A stretch of DNA of 64,000 nucleotides from Aplysia californica. Its lineage: Eukaryota. Within the stretch, counting starts at the first letter, position 1; every line of letters starts with the position of its first letter. The notes under the pieces were generated by a model that saw only the letters and a list, made by a program, of their open reading frames with translations, was not told where the DNA came from and did no database searches. Both the position numbers and the translations under genes were made by a program. The stretch is taken from contig NW_004797772.1 of the NCBI RefSeq assembly GCF_000002075.1, forward strand, positions 389,381 to 453,380, in the 5' to 3' direction. Of the stretch, positions 1 through 14,500 are shown piece by piece.

Positions 1-206
1 CAACGCCAGGGGCCAATGCTTGATTTATGACAAAATGTAATGGAGTCACTAAGGTGGCCGTCTAATACGTGTGATAGGGGTTGTGTGTTGAAACATGGTG
101 GCCGCGTTGGACAGGTGCCCGTTTTACACAGGTAAATTAGAAAAAACGCAAGGGGGGAATGGAAAGTGGCCGTTTGTACAGGTGGCCGTCAGGGCAGGTT
201 CGACTG
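1..206. mobile_element. right end of a Tc1/mariner (pogo/Tigger-like) MITE
   Basis: Repeated GGTGGCCG subterminal motifs ending CAGGTTCGACTG followed by TA. Confidence 0.65.
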
Positions 207-405
207 TACTATGGCGAGTAAAAATGACAGCTCACACTCTTGGGTGACCACTACTTACGAACAAAAGGAAATAACTCAGGACATTTTTTTACATAAAAAT
301 GTCTTGGTTATGACAAGGTCTACTTCGCACTCAAGCACGCTTCGGCATGATAAAAGCATGCTTATGCTTTCTCCCGATGACGTGCCTAAAGCCGGCATGG
401 ACTGT

Positions 406-3400
406 CTTCTTACTACCCATTACGCTATCTGGCGTTTAGGGCAGCAGCAAAGGATCTCCAGCTCTGTATGTTTTGGGCCATCTTGGTCAACGTCCCTCAC
501 GAATGGTTCCAGGACTTCATTTCAGACTCTACTGTGCGTCTCCAGGTCATTTTGGGTCTGCCCCTCTTGCGATGTCCTTCGGGTGTCCAGTGGAGTGCAG
601 TCCTTACAATAGAGTCTGGTTCTCTTCTCAGAACATGCCCAATCCATCTCCATCTTCTCCTTGTTATTATGGTGGACATGTCCTCTTGCCTACATTTCCG
701 TAAAAGATCTGCGTTGGAAATTTTGTTGGGCCAAAAGATTCGGAGGATTTGGCGTAAGCTGGTTGTATGGAAAGAACATAGCTTGGCCCGATATTGGTCT
801 GTCATCCTCCAGCATTCAGATCCATATAGGAGGGTGGATAGTACACAGCTGTACAGCTTTAACTTGGTCTGTATACAGAACTGTCCTGACTTCCAGATGT
901 TGATCATGCTTTTGTGTATAGATCTTGCTTGCCGAGTCTGTTCATGATGTCTTCCTTTGTGTCTCCGTCTGTTTTAATTATGCTGCCTAGGTAGGTAAAT
1001 TTGTCTGTTATTATAGGCAGGTCTGCGTTGTTCACTCTAACCAGCGTTGGGGAGCCTACGTTCAGTGTCCTCACTTCTGGCTTATTCCTAACCCAATCTA
1101 TTTGTGGAGTCGGTTTGTTTTTTCCTGCATGTACTGGTTGGTATGGGAGAGAAGTGCAAGGTCATTGGCAAAATCAAGGTCCTCAAGGGTGGAGAAGAGG
1201 GTACACCTTATGCCTCCATTGTTTTCCTCATGACCCAGTCAACGGCCAGGTTGAACCGAATTGCTGACATGATGCATCCTTGTCTAACTCCTTTCTTTAC
1301 CTCAAAAGCAATAGTAGCATTTCCAATGATGCACTTGAAATTTTGGTAGAAGCTCTTGATAACCTCTACGATCCTGCAAGGGATTCCATAAGAACGTAGA
1401 ATGCACCAAAGACTTTCCCTTTGCACACTATCGAAAGCCTTTTCAAAATCAACGAAGTTTACATTAAGTTGTCTCTGCCATTCCGTGCACTGTTCTATTA
1501 TATTGCGGAGGGCAAATATCTGATCTGTGCATCTTTTTTCTTTTCGGAATCCTGCCTGTTCTTTTCTTAAGCAGCTGTCAACGGCATCCGACATCCGATT
1601 AATAATAATCTTGGCCAAGATCTTGCTGGGCACTGATAACAATGTGATACCTCTCCAGTTGTTGCAGTCTCCAAGAGCTCCTTTCTTTGGTACCTTAGCA
1701 ATGACTCCAGTGCTCCAGTCCTCAGGAATCTGCTCTCCCTCCCAGATGGTTTTGAATAGTGGCTGAAGAATGGTGGCAGTCAGTTCTGGGTCTACTTTAA
1801 ACAATTCAGCATTCAGGTTGTCCATTCTTGGATATTTTCCTGATTTCAAGCTCTTAACAGCTTTTAAAATCTCGTGTCTCTGTGGTGGGTCAGAGCTGAT
1901 ATATCCTGATCCAAGGTAGCTTCCTGTACATATCTGGGGTGTCCTCAGGTGAAGGTTGGTTTAGGACTTCCCTGAAGTGTTCTGTCCAGCGTGCTTCCTG
2001 TTCTTTCTTGCTTGTCAGCAGCTTGCCAGTCTTGTCCTTGATTGGTCCACTCATTCCTCCGTGGTACTTGCCACATATTATTCCTGTGATCTTGTATATA
2101 TGTTGCCTTTGTTGCCTTTAGCAGCTCTGCCTCCTTTTCCATGGCTTCTCTTTTTTGTCCTTCTTGACCAGTCTCTTAACTTTCTGGCAAGCTTCTTTGT
2201 AATCCTCTGCGTACTTCTCTTGTAGCCATATCGACTTAGCTGCAAGCTGTCTTTTCTTGATTTCTCTCCGTTCTTCAATAGTATTCCATGTTCCTTGCTG
2301 TATCTATTCTTTGCTTGTATTCTTTTTCTTGACACCAAAACATATCTTACTGCTCTCTGTGTTGGCCTCAATATGCTTACATTGGGTATTGACTTCGTCT
2401 GAATTGGGGGTGAAATCGGTTCTTTAGTTCTAATCGGAAGGCAGATCTCACATGGCCATCCCTGAGCCTTTGAACATTAAAACGTGTCCTTGTCGCCTCC
2501 CTGGTGAATGTTTTCTTCAGCTTGAGTTTTATCCTTGCCGTCACTAGATGGTGATCGCTGCCGACATTTGCTCCTCTTCTGACTTCCACATTCTGTAGGG
2601 AACGCCTCCACATTCCTCCTATCATAAGGTGGTCAGTCTGGTTCTTGTCCCGGCCATTTGGGGAATTCCAGTTCAGTTTGCGGATTGTACGGTGTGGGAA
2701 GAGGGTTCCTCCTATCACCAAGTTGTTCAATGCGCAGAAGTCCACTAGTCTTTCACCGTTCTCATTTCTTGTACCAGTACCATGTTGTCCCATCGTTCTC
2801 TCATAGTTGGTATTGTCCTCTCCTACTTTAGCATTTAGATTGCCCATTACAACAATAAGGTCGTAACGAGGTATACTTTACTTGTCAATTCCCTCTGCAG
2901 CTGTCCCTTGCTTGTGGTTGGTTGGTGGGTGCTTTGGTGTGGTTTGCTCCTTCTTTCCTCTTAAACATCTATCGTCCTTATCTCTCCTCCTTCTTTTTTA
3001 CGTTTGTTGTTACTCTCTTGTAACACCTCTAATCTTCGGCACTTATATGACCTTATTGTGTTGCAAGTGCCGTAAAACTCTTTACTAAAACTAAAACTGT
3101 TCTTAAAAACAGTCAGTCCTTGCTTTCATCTTCACTGTCGTCAGGGGCGTAACATTGGATGATGCTTGTGTTGGTGTTCTTTCCCTTCAGTCTCAGTGTC
3201 ATCATTCTGCTGTTGATTGGTTTCCATTCCATGAGACATTTCTCAAGTCCCTTTTTAAGGGTGATAGCTACACGTTCCCTATGTTTGTTGTCTTCTCTGC
3301 CAGAATAGATCGGTGTTTCTCCAGTTGCTGTTCTCAGCCTGCCAGGTCCTGTCCCATGACTTTCACATATGCCTGGAACTTGCAATCCATATCTCCTCAT

Positions 3401-3828
3401 CTCTGCCGTTACTTGTGCCAACTTACCAGTTTCGTACATTGTCCTTACATTCCACTGTCCTATAATAACTTTTGTCTTTGCGGTGTTCAGGTCCTCCATC
3501 CTCCTGCGAAGAGTTTCCTTCCGGCTTTCACTTCCAGCATTCATACGAGTCTCAAGAGACTCTGAAGGTCCATTACACACAGAAATATGGTTTCCCTTTG
3601 CTGCTGTTTCCGTAACATATGATTTTTACCAGTCTGGGTTGTTAGCCCTGAGCTGAATCTCCGATACCTGGAGGGCCGGTGGATCACGCTTTGTCTGACC
3701 TCTACCCATCAACCTGTCTGGCATTGGTGGCCCTTCCAGGAGCATTAGCTCCTGCCAGCGTAGCTCATGGGGTCACTGAGGCACACAAGCTCTCTAACCA
3801 CTACAAGGTAGTGATCCACCAGAGAGGA
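406..3828 (-). mobile_element. near full-length degenerate RTE-clade LINE
   Basis: APE fragments (WNVRTM, QCYAP, GNLNAKVG, SDHHLV), RT (FVDFEKAFDSV, GVRQGC, DLDFAND), and RTE C-terminus (WIGHVLR...RKRGRPK) broken by stops and frameshifts. 10-bp TSD CATGGACTGT at 396-405 and 3829-3838. Interrupted by a short retroposon at about 2913-3100. Confidence 0.93.
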
Positions 3829-5471
3829 CATGGACTGTAGTGAAGTCTTATGAGTTATCTGATGTATCAATAGGCATGTGAATAGGGCCTAGACTTTTTA
3901 AATCCAGGATAATGTGAATATCAATGTAATGTAAATGTATTGTGGATTCTAAATCTAGATCCAGTTGTAGATCTAGTTCATTTGTGTAGTGTTCGTGAAA
4001 GTAGTAAACTAGATCTAGTAGATCTAGAATCTTTTTTAGATCTAGTAGTGTTAACTAGTCTAGGAGGCCTACACTTAATGTTACTTACACTTACACACAC
4101 ACATCAAGCTACAGCGAGCACCTAGCACATCTCTGTGATTAGCCCAAATATAGATGACGTATTTCTGCCATCTATTTTTGTCGTCTTCCGAGGTTTCCTC
4201 CAAGCCCAAGATTCTTGGGTTTCCCAGGCCAGTAACTGTTGACTAGATGTCGCAGTCTTTGTTTTTTTGTTCTATTAATTTGCGTTATCTTTTATAAACA
4301 CTCAGCAATTCTCGTTCCATAAATTTACCTTCTCCTCAAAGTTGTACACACACACACACACACACACACAAGCGCGTGCGAACACCCACACATACACACA
4401 CACAAGCAAGTACACACACACATACACATGCACTACAGTCTACACACACAAGCAAGCGCGCACACACACACACGCGTGCACACCACGGTGAGAAGAGAGA
4501 CAGTGTATGTTCACGTACATTGTCTCTGGTGAGATCTAGTCAACTGGCGACCGGACTTTCTCTCCCCACCAATTTTAACTACTAATCTGCTTGTGTGCTG
4601 GTTTGATCCTAAATATTATTTGTTAGTTTCACCCAATGATACCTCATGACTCATGTCATAGATCTGGGCTTTTACTAATCTTATCAGTGCTCAATACTGG
4701 ATGCCCATTTTTAGATTGGTCAGATGTCTAGTCGATTTATAAACAGCTGTTTTTGTGAGTGCACACCACGAAGAGACCCCTTCCTTGTTGTTTCAAATGT
4801 GACAAGAGCCTGTGCCAGAACCTGAGCATTTTACCGACTGTGTGATGCAATATTGTTTTTGTACTCCTTTTATAGAAAACAATAAGATTTCTGCAAACTG
4901 TCACGATCACAGGCACAAGATTTACCTTTAACAGTGAACGCAGCCATTTTCTTACTATAAATTTCTTCAACTGGTGACTGCCGCATGTATTATCGCTTGA
5001 TTTGTTCAAAACTTCTTGAATCCTACAGAAAAGGTAAATGTCACAATAGCTTTCTAGATCCATCAGTATCAGCCTCTCCAATCGAAACTGTTTATCAGTG
5101 CATTCTGCACTAAAAATGATATGACCTGGTGTTCAGCTGTACACATCTGATGTTTCAACTATGGCCTTGAAAAAGAAATGCGTTTGTTATTGAGTGTCAC
5201 AACTGAATTCAGTCGAATTTTGCCCTTTCATTATTTGTCTAATAATTAGATCAAGATTTAGAGAACTGTCTTGTATTTTCATAACACATGTGAGGTGAGA
5301 TGGTCTCAACCTTGATATGACAATATATATAGTATAGCAGGTTCATAAAAGAGATCAAAAGATTTCAGGATCATGCTAATTCTTCACTCTCAAATTGACC
5401 CTCTTCATCTGATCATTTCATTCTCATCCACAGTTGAGTGAGCCCAGTTACTAGAATTATATAGTAAAACC

Positions 5472-5577
5472 ATGTTGCGGTCACCAGCTTGCAGTGATGC
5501 TGGATTTGGTGAGGAAGAGGATGAAGATATTTTGCTTCAAGCAGAAGAACTCTCTGCTCTGTGTTATAAGGACAAAG
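5472..5577 (+). CDS. FANCM: FANCM coding exon 1 ([27 protein letters not shown]...)
   Basis: ATG at 5472 with an in-frame TGA upstream at 5439. Donor AAAG/GTGACA is phase 1 and matches the next exon. The acidic EDEDILL segment resembles the FANCM N-terminal DDDVLL segment. Confidence 0.7.
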
Positions 5578-8500
5578 GTGACAGTATAATAATTTTCATT
5601 GCAACTAATTGCTAATTGCCTTTTTCATTTTACTATAGTTCAAAGTATTTCTGTGTTTTTTTTTGGTTTTGTTTTTTGTTTTTCTAGAAGGGTATATCAT
5701 ATTCTAAAACTATGATGTTCAAAAGTACTGTCAAGCAAGGGAGCAAATAACAGACACATGATTGACACTTACATACATGCACTGGGATACACACACACTA
5801 TATATCTATATATATCTATTTTGTTCACAATTAGGTGATTTCAGTATGTGTACAACTTAAGTGTTTCTTTGTTTGAATGCAGTAAAAGGGAGAGAAAAAA
5901 TATACTTTTTACAAAAGGAAGACTTTTTTTTCGAAATCTAAACATCAGCTTAGCTCTCTCTTCCCAGAATTTTCTCCACTGTTATGTGAGCAGCTGATAT
6001 CTGTACTCATTACCACCGGAATTGTAGACAACCTTAATCAATACTTTCTTGATGCATATTATATGCATTTTCTTTTCACATTCAGAATACACTGAGATAG
6101 TGGAAGGCATCGACTTTGACGAAGAGATGAATGAAGAGGATGCAGCGAACATATCCCTGGGTCTCAATGGTAATGAGGGAGTGTCAGCGGCCATGAGCAG
6201 TGATGATGTTTGTCCGGAATTTGACATGGAAGCTGGGAGTTTGTGGATTTATCCGACAAATTACCCTGTCAGGGATTATCAGTTCAATATTATACAAAAG
6301 GTATAAACCTGTTCTTGAAATAAAACCCAATGACACTTCTTTAAGTTATATAAAACATATTATGTACCAACAAATTTTGTTGGATTATTTTTTCAAAATT
6401 AGTTGTTTTTTTTAATAATTTTTTTTGATGGTGAAATGCCAGCTGTTGATTTATTTTTCCATTTTATTTCCTCAGTTCTCCCTGCCTAGTTGCATGCCTT
6501 CTATTTTGTTTTGATTATTTGTTTTGTTATAGTATGCACACATATAGTTTTAATTTTGAATTGAATAATGATTATTTTAAAAAATGTATTAAATATGTGA
6601 GGCATCGTGGTGAAATCAGGCGGTCGTCAAAATAATTAAATGGAAGAAATAGACATTTTCCCGCCAGTTTTCCAATTTTTATTGAATTTTAGTATTTGGG
6701 GTCAACACCTTTTATGTCCATATATATGAATTTTACTGAAAATGGGATTGAAGGCATAAAATATGTAATTTTTCAGGTTTCAAGGACTATTGAAGCTATT
6801 TAAGTTACCAATCCTTGCTAATTTGATCACTGAAAACAGGTGACCCCACCTTCTTTAATCGCAAATATCTCGACTTTTATTTAAGATAGATGGGTATTTT
6901 TTTGGTTGAAAGCAAGGCAAATGAATAAGCTTTCAGATAATACCAATAACTCCACATGCCCAAAAATTGACGAGCGCCTGATTCCACCATGTTGTGACAA
7001 ATACATATATTTTCACACGCATTTGCTGACATATTTTGTGTAGTCTTGTCAGATATGTAGAGTGAATAGATCTCCTAAGGAAAATTGTGTGTGGTCTGCC
7101 TTAACTCTTTCACTGCAAAATTGAACTTTCTCATCTTCTGACATTTTGCATTCTTCTTTTTAAAATATTTTCAATTTTAATTTCCCGTGAAGGCCCTGTA
7201 CAAGAACACCCTGGTTGTTTTGCCAACTGGCTTGGGGAAGACTTTCATCGCAGCTGTACTAATGTACAATATGTATCGGTGGTTCCCTCAAAGCAAGGTG
7301 ATCTTCATGGCACCAACCAAACCTCTGGTTGCCCAACAAGTCAATGCTTGCTACAACATCATGGGGATCCCGAAAGAGGATACAATAGAAATGACAGGTA
7401 AATGTTTCCAAAGATAAGCTTAAAATGTGTACACTTGCAGATTGGAGGAATGCAATCTCAATATTCACACTAGTGCTTCTGTATCTGTTCAGATTTTTGC
7501 TGGCTAGTGGTAACATGTTTGCCTCTTATTCTTATGCCAAAGTGCTTGGCTTGTTTCTGGTTCGTAAAAGCATGGTTGGTGGATAACTTCCGATCCTTTT
7601 AAATCAGGTTTTTTCTCGCTTCTGACCTCAAGGTTAGTGGGATCAAGATCCTAGTTTTGTCAGATAAAGTTTTCCTTGACACGTTTTGCCTGATGAATGT
7701 GGAAGAAAGGCAAACCAACTCAGTGAGGATCCGAGATTAATCCATGCCGAGAAGTAAAGAAATGAAACAGCTTTGCATTTTGGCACATGTTAGACAAGAA
7801 CATCATCCATATTGGTGTGCTGTTGTTATTGTTTCCCATGATTGTGGAATCAAAAGTTTAAAATTTATTAATTTCAAAGCTCGAAACTTTGGGACATGAA
7901 TCCCATTTAACAACGAATGCTTTTCTTCTCATGCTTGATAATGCAGTTTTGAATTGCAATTTGTTGAAAAATTGTAGATTTGTAGTAGTTCTTTTTTTTG
8001 GTGATAAGTGGCCACTGTTTGCTGTTATTGATTATGTCACAAAATAAACTGGAAATGCCTTTTCTTTTCTGCCATTGGATGAAGCTCTTGGTATCATATT
8101 CTTTGTATAGAACATTTTTCATTCCTAGGTGTGTTTGCTGAGCAAATCCTGACATTTCAAATATTTGCTGACCCGCAAATCTTTCTGTACATTTTTTCCA
8201 ACAGGCACTATGTCTCCCGTGCTGAGGCAGCGAGCATGGAGAGAGAAACGTGTCATCTTTTTGACCCCTCAGGTTCTGACTAATGACCTGTCCAGTCGGT
8301 CATGTGATGCGCACACTGTCAAATGTCTCGTGGTGGATGAGGCTCACAAAGCCACAGGGAACCACGCCTACTGTCAGGTGAGTTAAATAATGCTTTGGTC
8401 TCAGTGGGCCCCTGGGTTTTTTACAGGGGGAAAGAAAAGATGAAATGAAAAGACGATTTTATGACATTTTGATGGATTATCTGAAACCATGCCTCCAACA

Positions 8501-11500
8501 TATATTGCTATGTATGTGTACATAATATAATGATATATTTTATACGAAATATGACATGGCTCATACAGTGACAAACACACTATTATTGAACTTTTGGATG
8601 TTCTGCCCCTTTTATTATCCAGGCCAACCAGAGTGGTCTTACGTCTCAAGCAGTGATCATTGAGATTGCTTGACATACTTAGTCTACTTGCATTTTCTGA
8701 TTCCTTGACCACATGTTTCTGCGCATGTTTTACTAGTTATGTGTTTGCAATTGACAATGGTATGAGATTTGTTTCTTTAAAGATATGACATTAATTTGTT
8801 CTCTGTGCAAATTTCTCATGGTGTAAAAGAGGTGGTTTTTGTTTAGTGTGAGTATGATCTACAGTTTGTAAAGGAACCTTTCACGGTCCAAAAAATTCAG
8901 TGAGAGAAAAAAGGCTGGAAATTAAGGATCAGATTCTGCAAGATTTACTCATTATCTGTTTGCAAGTGGTATGAGATTTATTTCTGTAAAAAAAAAATTT
9001 TTTAATGACGAATACATTTTTTCTCTATGCACATTTTTCATCATACAAAAAGAGGTGGTTCTGATTAGTTTGACTATGATCTGCAGGTTGTGAGGGAACT
9101 TGTGAAGGAAACCAACAAATTCAGAATTTTGGCCCTCAGTGCAACTCCAGGCAGTGATCTCAAGGTGAGTGGGTTCTTTTTAAGACTGTAGAAGTCAATC
9201 ATTTCATTTGCCTCTATTTACCCTGATATTGAGAAAAGGCCTCCAAAAGAGCTCTCCTTTAGTTTAATTTAGAAAGAGTTTAACGGCGCTGGCAACTGCA
9301 GAAGGTGATGTGAACGCGGGAAACGCAAGTTGGTTGCATTCACAACAGTTCTCCGGAGGGCTTGGTTTTGGTCAATGATCAGATTAAATTTTTAAAATTT
9401 CACAGTAAAAATCTCAATCTTGAGATGAAAGTTTATATTACATAAAAGTAATAGTATTTACATTTTCATGTCTCTCTTCTTCACCTCCATCCAGCTTTAG
9501 TCCCATATTCCTGAGATCTGCCTCCAGATCTTACTCCTTCAGGGATCTCAGTCTCCCTCTCTTTCTCTTCTCCTGGAGGTTCCAACTAAGGCTTTGTCTT
9601 GTCACGTTGTGGGCTGGCTTCCTGAGTGTGTGAGAAGTTATTACTGGGTCTTTTTGTTGTGAGACGTGCACACAGTATGATGTTCAAAATAAATATTCAA
9701 GCGAAGACTTCATTTGAAACTAAAATTAATTAGAAACTGATCTAATAAGGAGAAAGATTCAAGAGTTAATGTTTTTTGCTAATGGTTGGCCTCCTGTTTA
9801 ACATTGTATATCAAAATACTTTTTAAGAGAGATATTTTCTGGACTGTGATGAGGGAGACACTGGTTTTTAGTAATCTAAAGAGCATTCTTGAACCTAAGA
9901 TAAGATAAGATACATCTTTATTGTCCAGATCCTGGCACATTGGTTTGGTGTTCCACCACGAGTACACACACACACACACACACACTCACACACACACACA
10001 AACACACATGTACACACGTGCACACACATGCACACACAAGTAGGCTTACAATCACATGCATAATATAAATGAGCAGCAATATAAACAATAATAATCGTAA
10101 GCTAGATACACACTCAATGTTATTTTGATGCATGCTCTAAAGTCGTAAGTACACTAAACAAGATGGTTAAGATGGAAGCATTTTGATAGATGATGGTAAA
10201 AATGACCTTCTGTATCTTTCTTTGTTACAGATCAGAAGCATGGGTCTTTTACTTCTGACTGATGTTTTTATTTGAGGGAACAAGGGATGTTTGTTGTCTA
10301 AAAAGATGGAATTAATTTTCTTAGTGCAAGCTGTTATGTACAATTCATCCAAGTAGGGGAATGAAGATGTTGAAATTTTACATGCTTTCCGTATTAGTCG
10401 ATTTAATTTTTCTTTATCTTGTTGTCTTGTGTTCCCGGCCCATGCTGTTATACAAAAATTGATCATACTTTCTCTGGTTGAATGGTAGAACATGGACATC
10501 AATGTTTTATCAACTTTAAAATACTTTAGCTGTCTTAGAAAAAATAGTCTTTTGTTCACTTTTTTTTTGCAGGAGAGAAGTGTGGACACGCCAGTTGAGT
10601 TTGTTGTCTATTGTAACACCCAAATACTTATAGTTTGACACTTGCTCGATGTTTTCACATTTCATTTTGAGTGGCTGCAAGGGCAGTTTCTTTATTCTAA
10701 AATCAACGACAAGTTCTTTTGTTTTTTTTCACATTTAAAAGCAGCTTATGATTTTCACACCATTCAGAAAATTAAGTGCAAAATTCCGGTAAGCGGTTTC
10801 GTTATGGTCAGCCTGAATTAGCCCAATTATAGTTGAATCATCTGCAAATTTTATCAACTTGATGTTACTGTTGTTTATTTGGCAATCGTTCGTGTATAGT
10901 GTGAATAAAACTGGTGACAAAACACATCCTTGAGGGGCCCCTGTATTTGTTGTGATGTATGTCGATGAAGAATGTTTTAATTTTACATACTGGGTTCGGT
11001 TGGGAAGAAAATTGCCTATCCATGATATTAAATTGACGTTAACACCTATGTTTTCTAATTTCTTTAAAAGGATAGCTGGCTGGATAGTATTAAAGGCTGA
11101 CAAAAAATCAACAAACAGGATCCTACAGTATGTTTTAGGCTTGTCTAAGTGTCTATATATGTTGTCAAGAAATAGTAAAATGGCGTCTTCCACACTTCTC
11201 CCATGACGATATGCAAATTGTAGAGGGTCCTGGATGGGTTCTATGTACGTTCGTAGTCTTTTTAGCACAATTTTTTCTAGACATTTTATAACTACCGATG
11301 TTAAGGCTATTGGCCACAGGTCATTCATTTCAGTAATTTTTTCTTTCTTTGGAAGGGGGACGATTTCAGAACATTTCCAAATAGAAGGAATAGCATGTGT
11401 CAACAACGACTGGTTGATAATATAGGTGTAAATAAAACTAAGTTGTGCTGAACACATTTTCAGAATTTTGGGTTGCACACCGTCTGGACCACACGCCTTT

Positions 11501-14500
11501 CTCACATTCAAACGTCCAAACACACATCTAACCTCACGTTCTTCAACAACAACAGGATTATTTTCTTTTGTGTCGGTGTTCACACATGGCGAGTCACACG
11601 GACTGCCTTTGTCAAAACGGGAGAAAAAGGCATTTAGTTTATTTGCATACTCTTCGTTGTCAACACATATGTTTGTTGGTTTATTTTTGTAGCCCACTAT
11701 GGTCTTAAGCCCAGTCCATGTCTCTCTCGAGTTATTTGATTACTTTCTTAATAGCTTTGTCTATGACTTTAAATTCTGTTTTGTTATGGTTTTAAAAAGC
11801 CTTTTTCTTTTTATGAAAACCTGTGTTGTTATCAGAATTCTCATAACTTTTCACCTTCTGGCTTGATCATATCAGAGATGTATGTTGATCTGGAGTGTCT
11901 TCCTCATCGTAATCATACTGTATTGAGAGGGGTGTTTTCATTAGTTTTGTTCACTTTTGTCGCACCTTGTTAAAGAAATTGTAAGTCATTTATTAATTTA
12001 CCAATGCACATTTAACTTTGCATGGCGCTCCTATAGGCCAGTAACCAAACAAAATTTTTTTTTTTTTTTTAAATCTATTCAGTTGCAAAAGTTTATTTGG
12101 GCCCTGTATCAAACACCACTCTTTGGGTGGATTCAGAGGATCACTACAATAGATGTTTTACAGAAACAAAGCCTATAAATTGCCCATTTTGAGACAGCGA
12201 CACCACCTTGCCCCCCTCTTTCGTTGTAAGCTTGTAAATTCCTCCCCAAGACTGTCTGGACGTGTGTCTCAAAAAGTACTTACCGCATGTGTTTAAATGC
12301 ATTTTATAGTCGTGCATTTAAGTGTGGTGTCAATGAAAATTGGTCAATTTCTTAATTTTTTCGGTATGTGCAATGAATTCCCCATTATTATTTGATCCAC
12401 TTTAGTCTAATGTAAAATAAAACAATTCGGAACCTTAGTTTGTAGTGGCCTTCATTAATAGGCTTTTTTTTATCTATGAAGATAAAACAGTGATTTGTTT
12501 TTAGTCTGTTTTAACTGCGGACAGACGGAAGTGAACAAGTTATAATCAAACAGGTGGTTGGAGGGTGCCACTGGTAGGCCCCACTTATTTCCTTTCCCTC
12601 TTGTGTTTTTGTTTGTCTGTCTTACTTTTTCCCTGCTATAAATTACCTTTGATGCATCGATGTGATCTTTTTACTTAAATAAACAAACAAGTGTAAAGCA
12701 CATGAAACTCTCTATATTATATTTGTGAAAGTTCATCACTTTGGCCACCTAAAACTTCCGAACCACTACACTTTCGAAGTTGAAAAAAATAACGGTGGGT
12801 CAGAAACATTTAAAGGGTGCACATTTTTATTGAGGAGTCTGAAGTCACTGTAGTTTAATTTTCAGTTTTCATTAGTTTCGTTTAGATCTAATCTTTGGAA
12901 GTTCCGTCTTCTCAGACGCCATTGTGAACAAGTGAGGCTTCCGTTCACAAGCTGTGCGCACTGTTTCCACAATGACTTGATGATCGACAATTCTTTTAAG
13001 TCCGTTCATTGAACGTGTACCCGGCTAGTATATTATATTTCTCTATTGTACAATGCCATACAATATTCCATGCCAGGCTTATCATATCATTCCACGCCAC
13101 GCCATATCCTACCTTATTTTTCCATGCCTACCCCACCATACCATACCATGTCTATCTGATCAGGCTGTCCAGCAAATGATGAACAACTTACTGATCAGCC
13201 ACATCGAACTCCGGTCTGAGGACTCTTTCGACATCAAACCCTACACCCATGAGAGGAAGATAGAGAAGGTGGTGGTGCCACTGGGGCAGGAGTTGTCGGC
13301 CATCAGACTGCAGTATATTCAGGTCTTGTCTTTTTGTTTTAGTGAAAGTTTTATGGCACCTGCAATACTAAGGTCATATTAGTGCTAAAGATTAGAAGTG
13401 TTACAAGAGAGTAACAAACACACAAAAAAAGGAGAGATCAGGGCCATAGATGTTTGACAGGAAAGAAGGAGCTAACCACACTAGAGCACCTGCCAACCAC
13501 CCAGGGTTTTGTCTGTCCTTTTCCTCATCCTAACAAATTGATCTTCATCCAGTTAGTAATAATGTTGTTGAAGAAATCTGCAGAAATGACTTCATGATAT
13601 AGATAGAAGGATGAAAGTATCTAAGTGCTGGATCAAAAATAACCAGAACAAATTCAGTAACAACAAGAACATCAATAATGGTGTTCTTCAGCTTTTTTTC
13701 ACACTTCATATTTATAAACATACTTCAAGTTGTAAAAAACAGGTTGATTATTCTCTCTGTTTCTTTTCCTGGGCCCCCTTGTTCTATTCTTTTTTCAGTC
13801 ATTGGCGCTGCTTATTTGCATTCTGTTAATCAGAGAAAGGATTGCTATGCTACTGAACAAAAAATGAAAATGAAATTATTGAAAATGAATCTCTCCCTAA
13901 AAATCTTGGTTGTCTGTAGTAATGTACATTATACTGCTTACTAAGCCTGAAACATTCATTAGTGAAAGGACATTTAATAATAAGATCTTAAAGATTGTTC
14001 TGTTTTAAAGCAGCATATATGCTCCAAGTGTCAAGTCAGCTGGTCATCAGTACCTCATTTGCTGACTTCTATTGCTATTCTTTATGTTCTTATCCTTACT
14101 CAAAAACTTTAAATTAGCTTTGACACCAGAGAACATTGTATTGGACTCTTTGAGGGTTAAATAACTCTCTTGGGTTGAAATGGGTGTTACACTCAAGCTA
14201 TACCTTTGGGTGTATGTCCTGCTTTATGCCTATATGCTTCACCTTGACTTCAGCTTATATGTTATACTTGGTTTCTTAGTTCTCTCGCATGAAGGCCGCT
14301 ATGACTATGTTACAGGTGATGACAATGGTAGTGAAGCGATTGATACAAATCCGGGTCATCTACAACAGAGAAGCAACGAAATTGTCCAAGTTTCTTATTC
14401 TGAAAGCACGGGATGAATTCAGGCAGAATCCACCTGGAAGATTATCGGTAAAACACCCACAAAATGGATTGTACACATTTGTTATGTTTTCAGCTTAGAT

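Noticed and set aside
1100-1849. Active reverse transcriptase in the RTE element
   Set aside because: The catalytic motif reads FAND, and the ORF has multiple stops, frameshifts and a SINE insertion.
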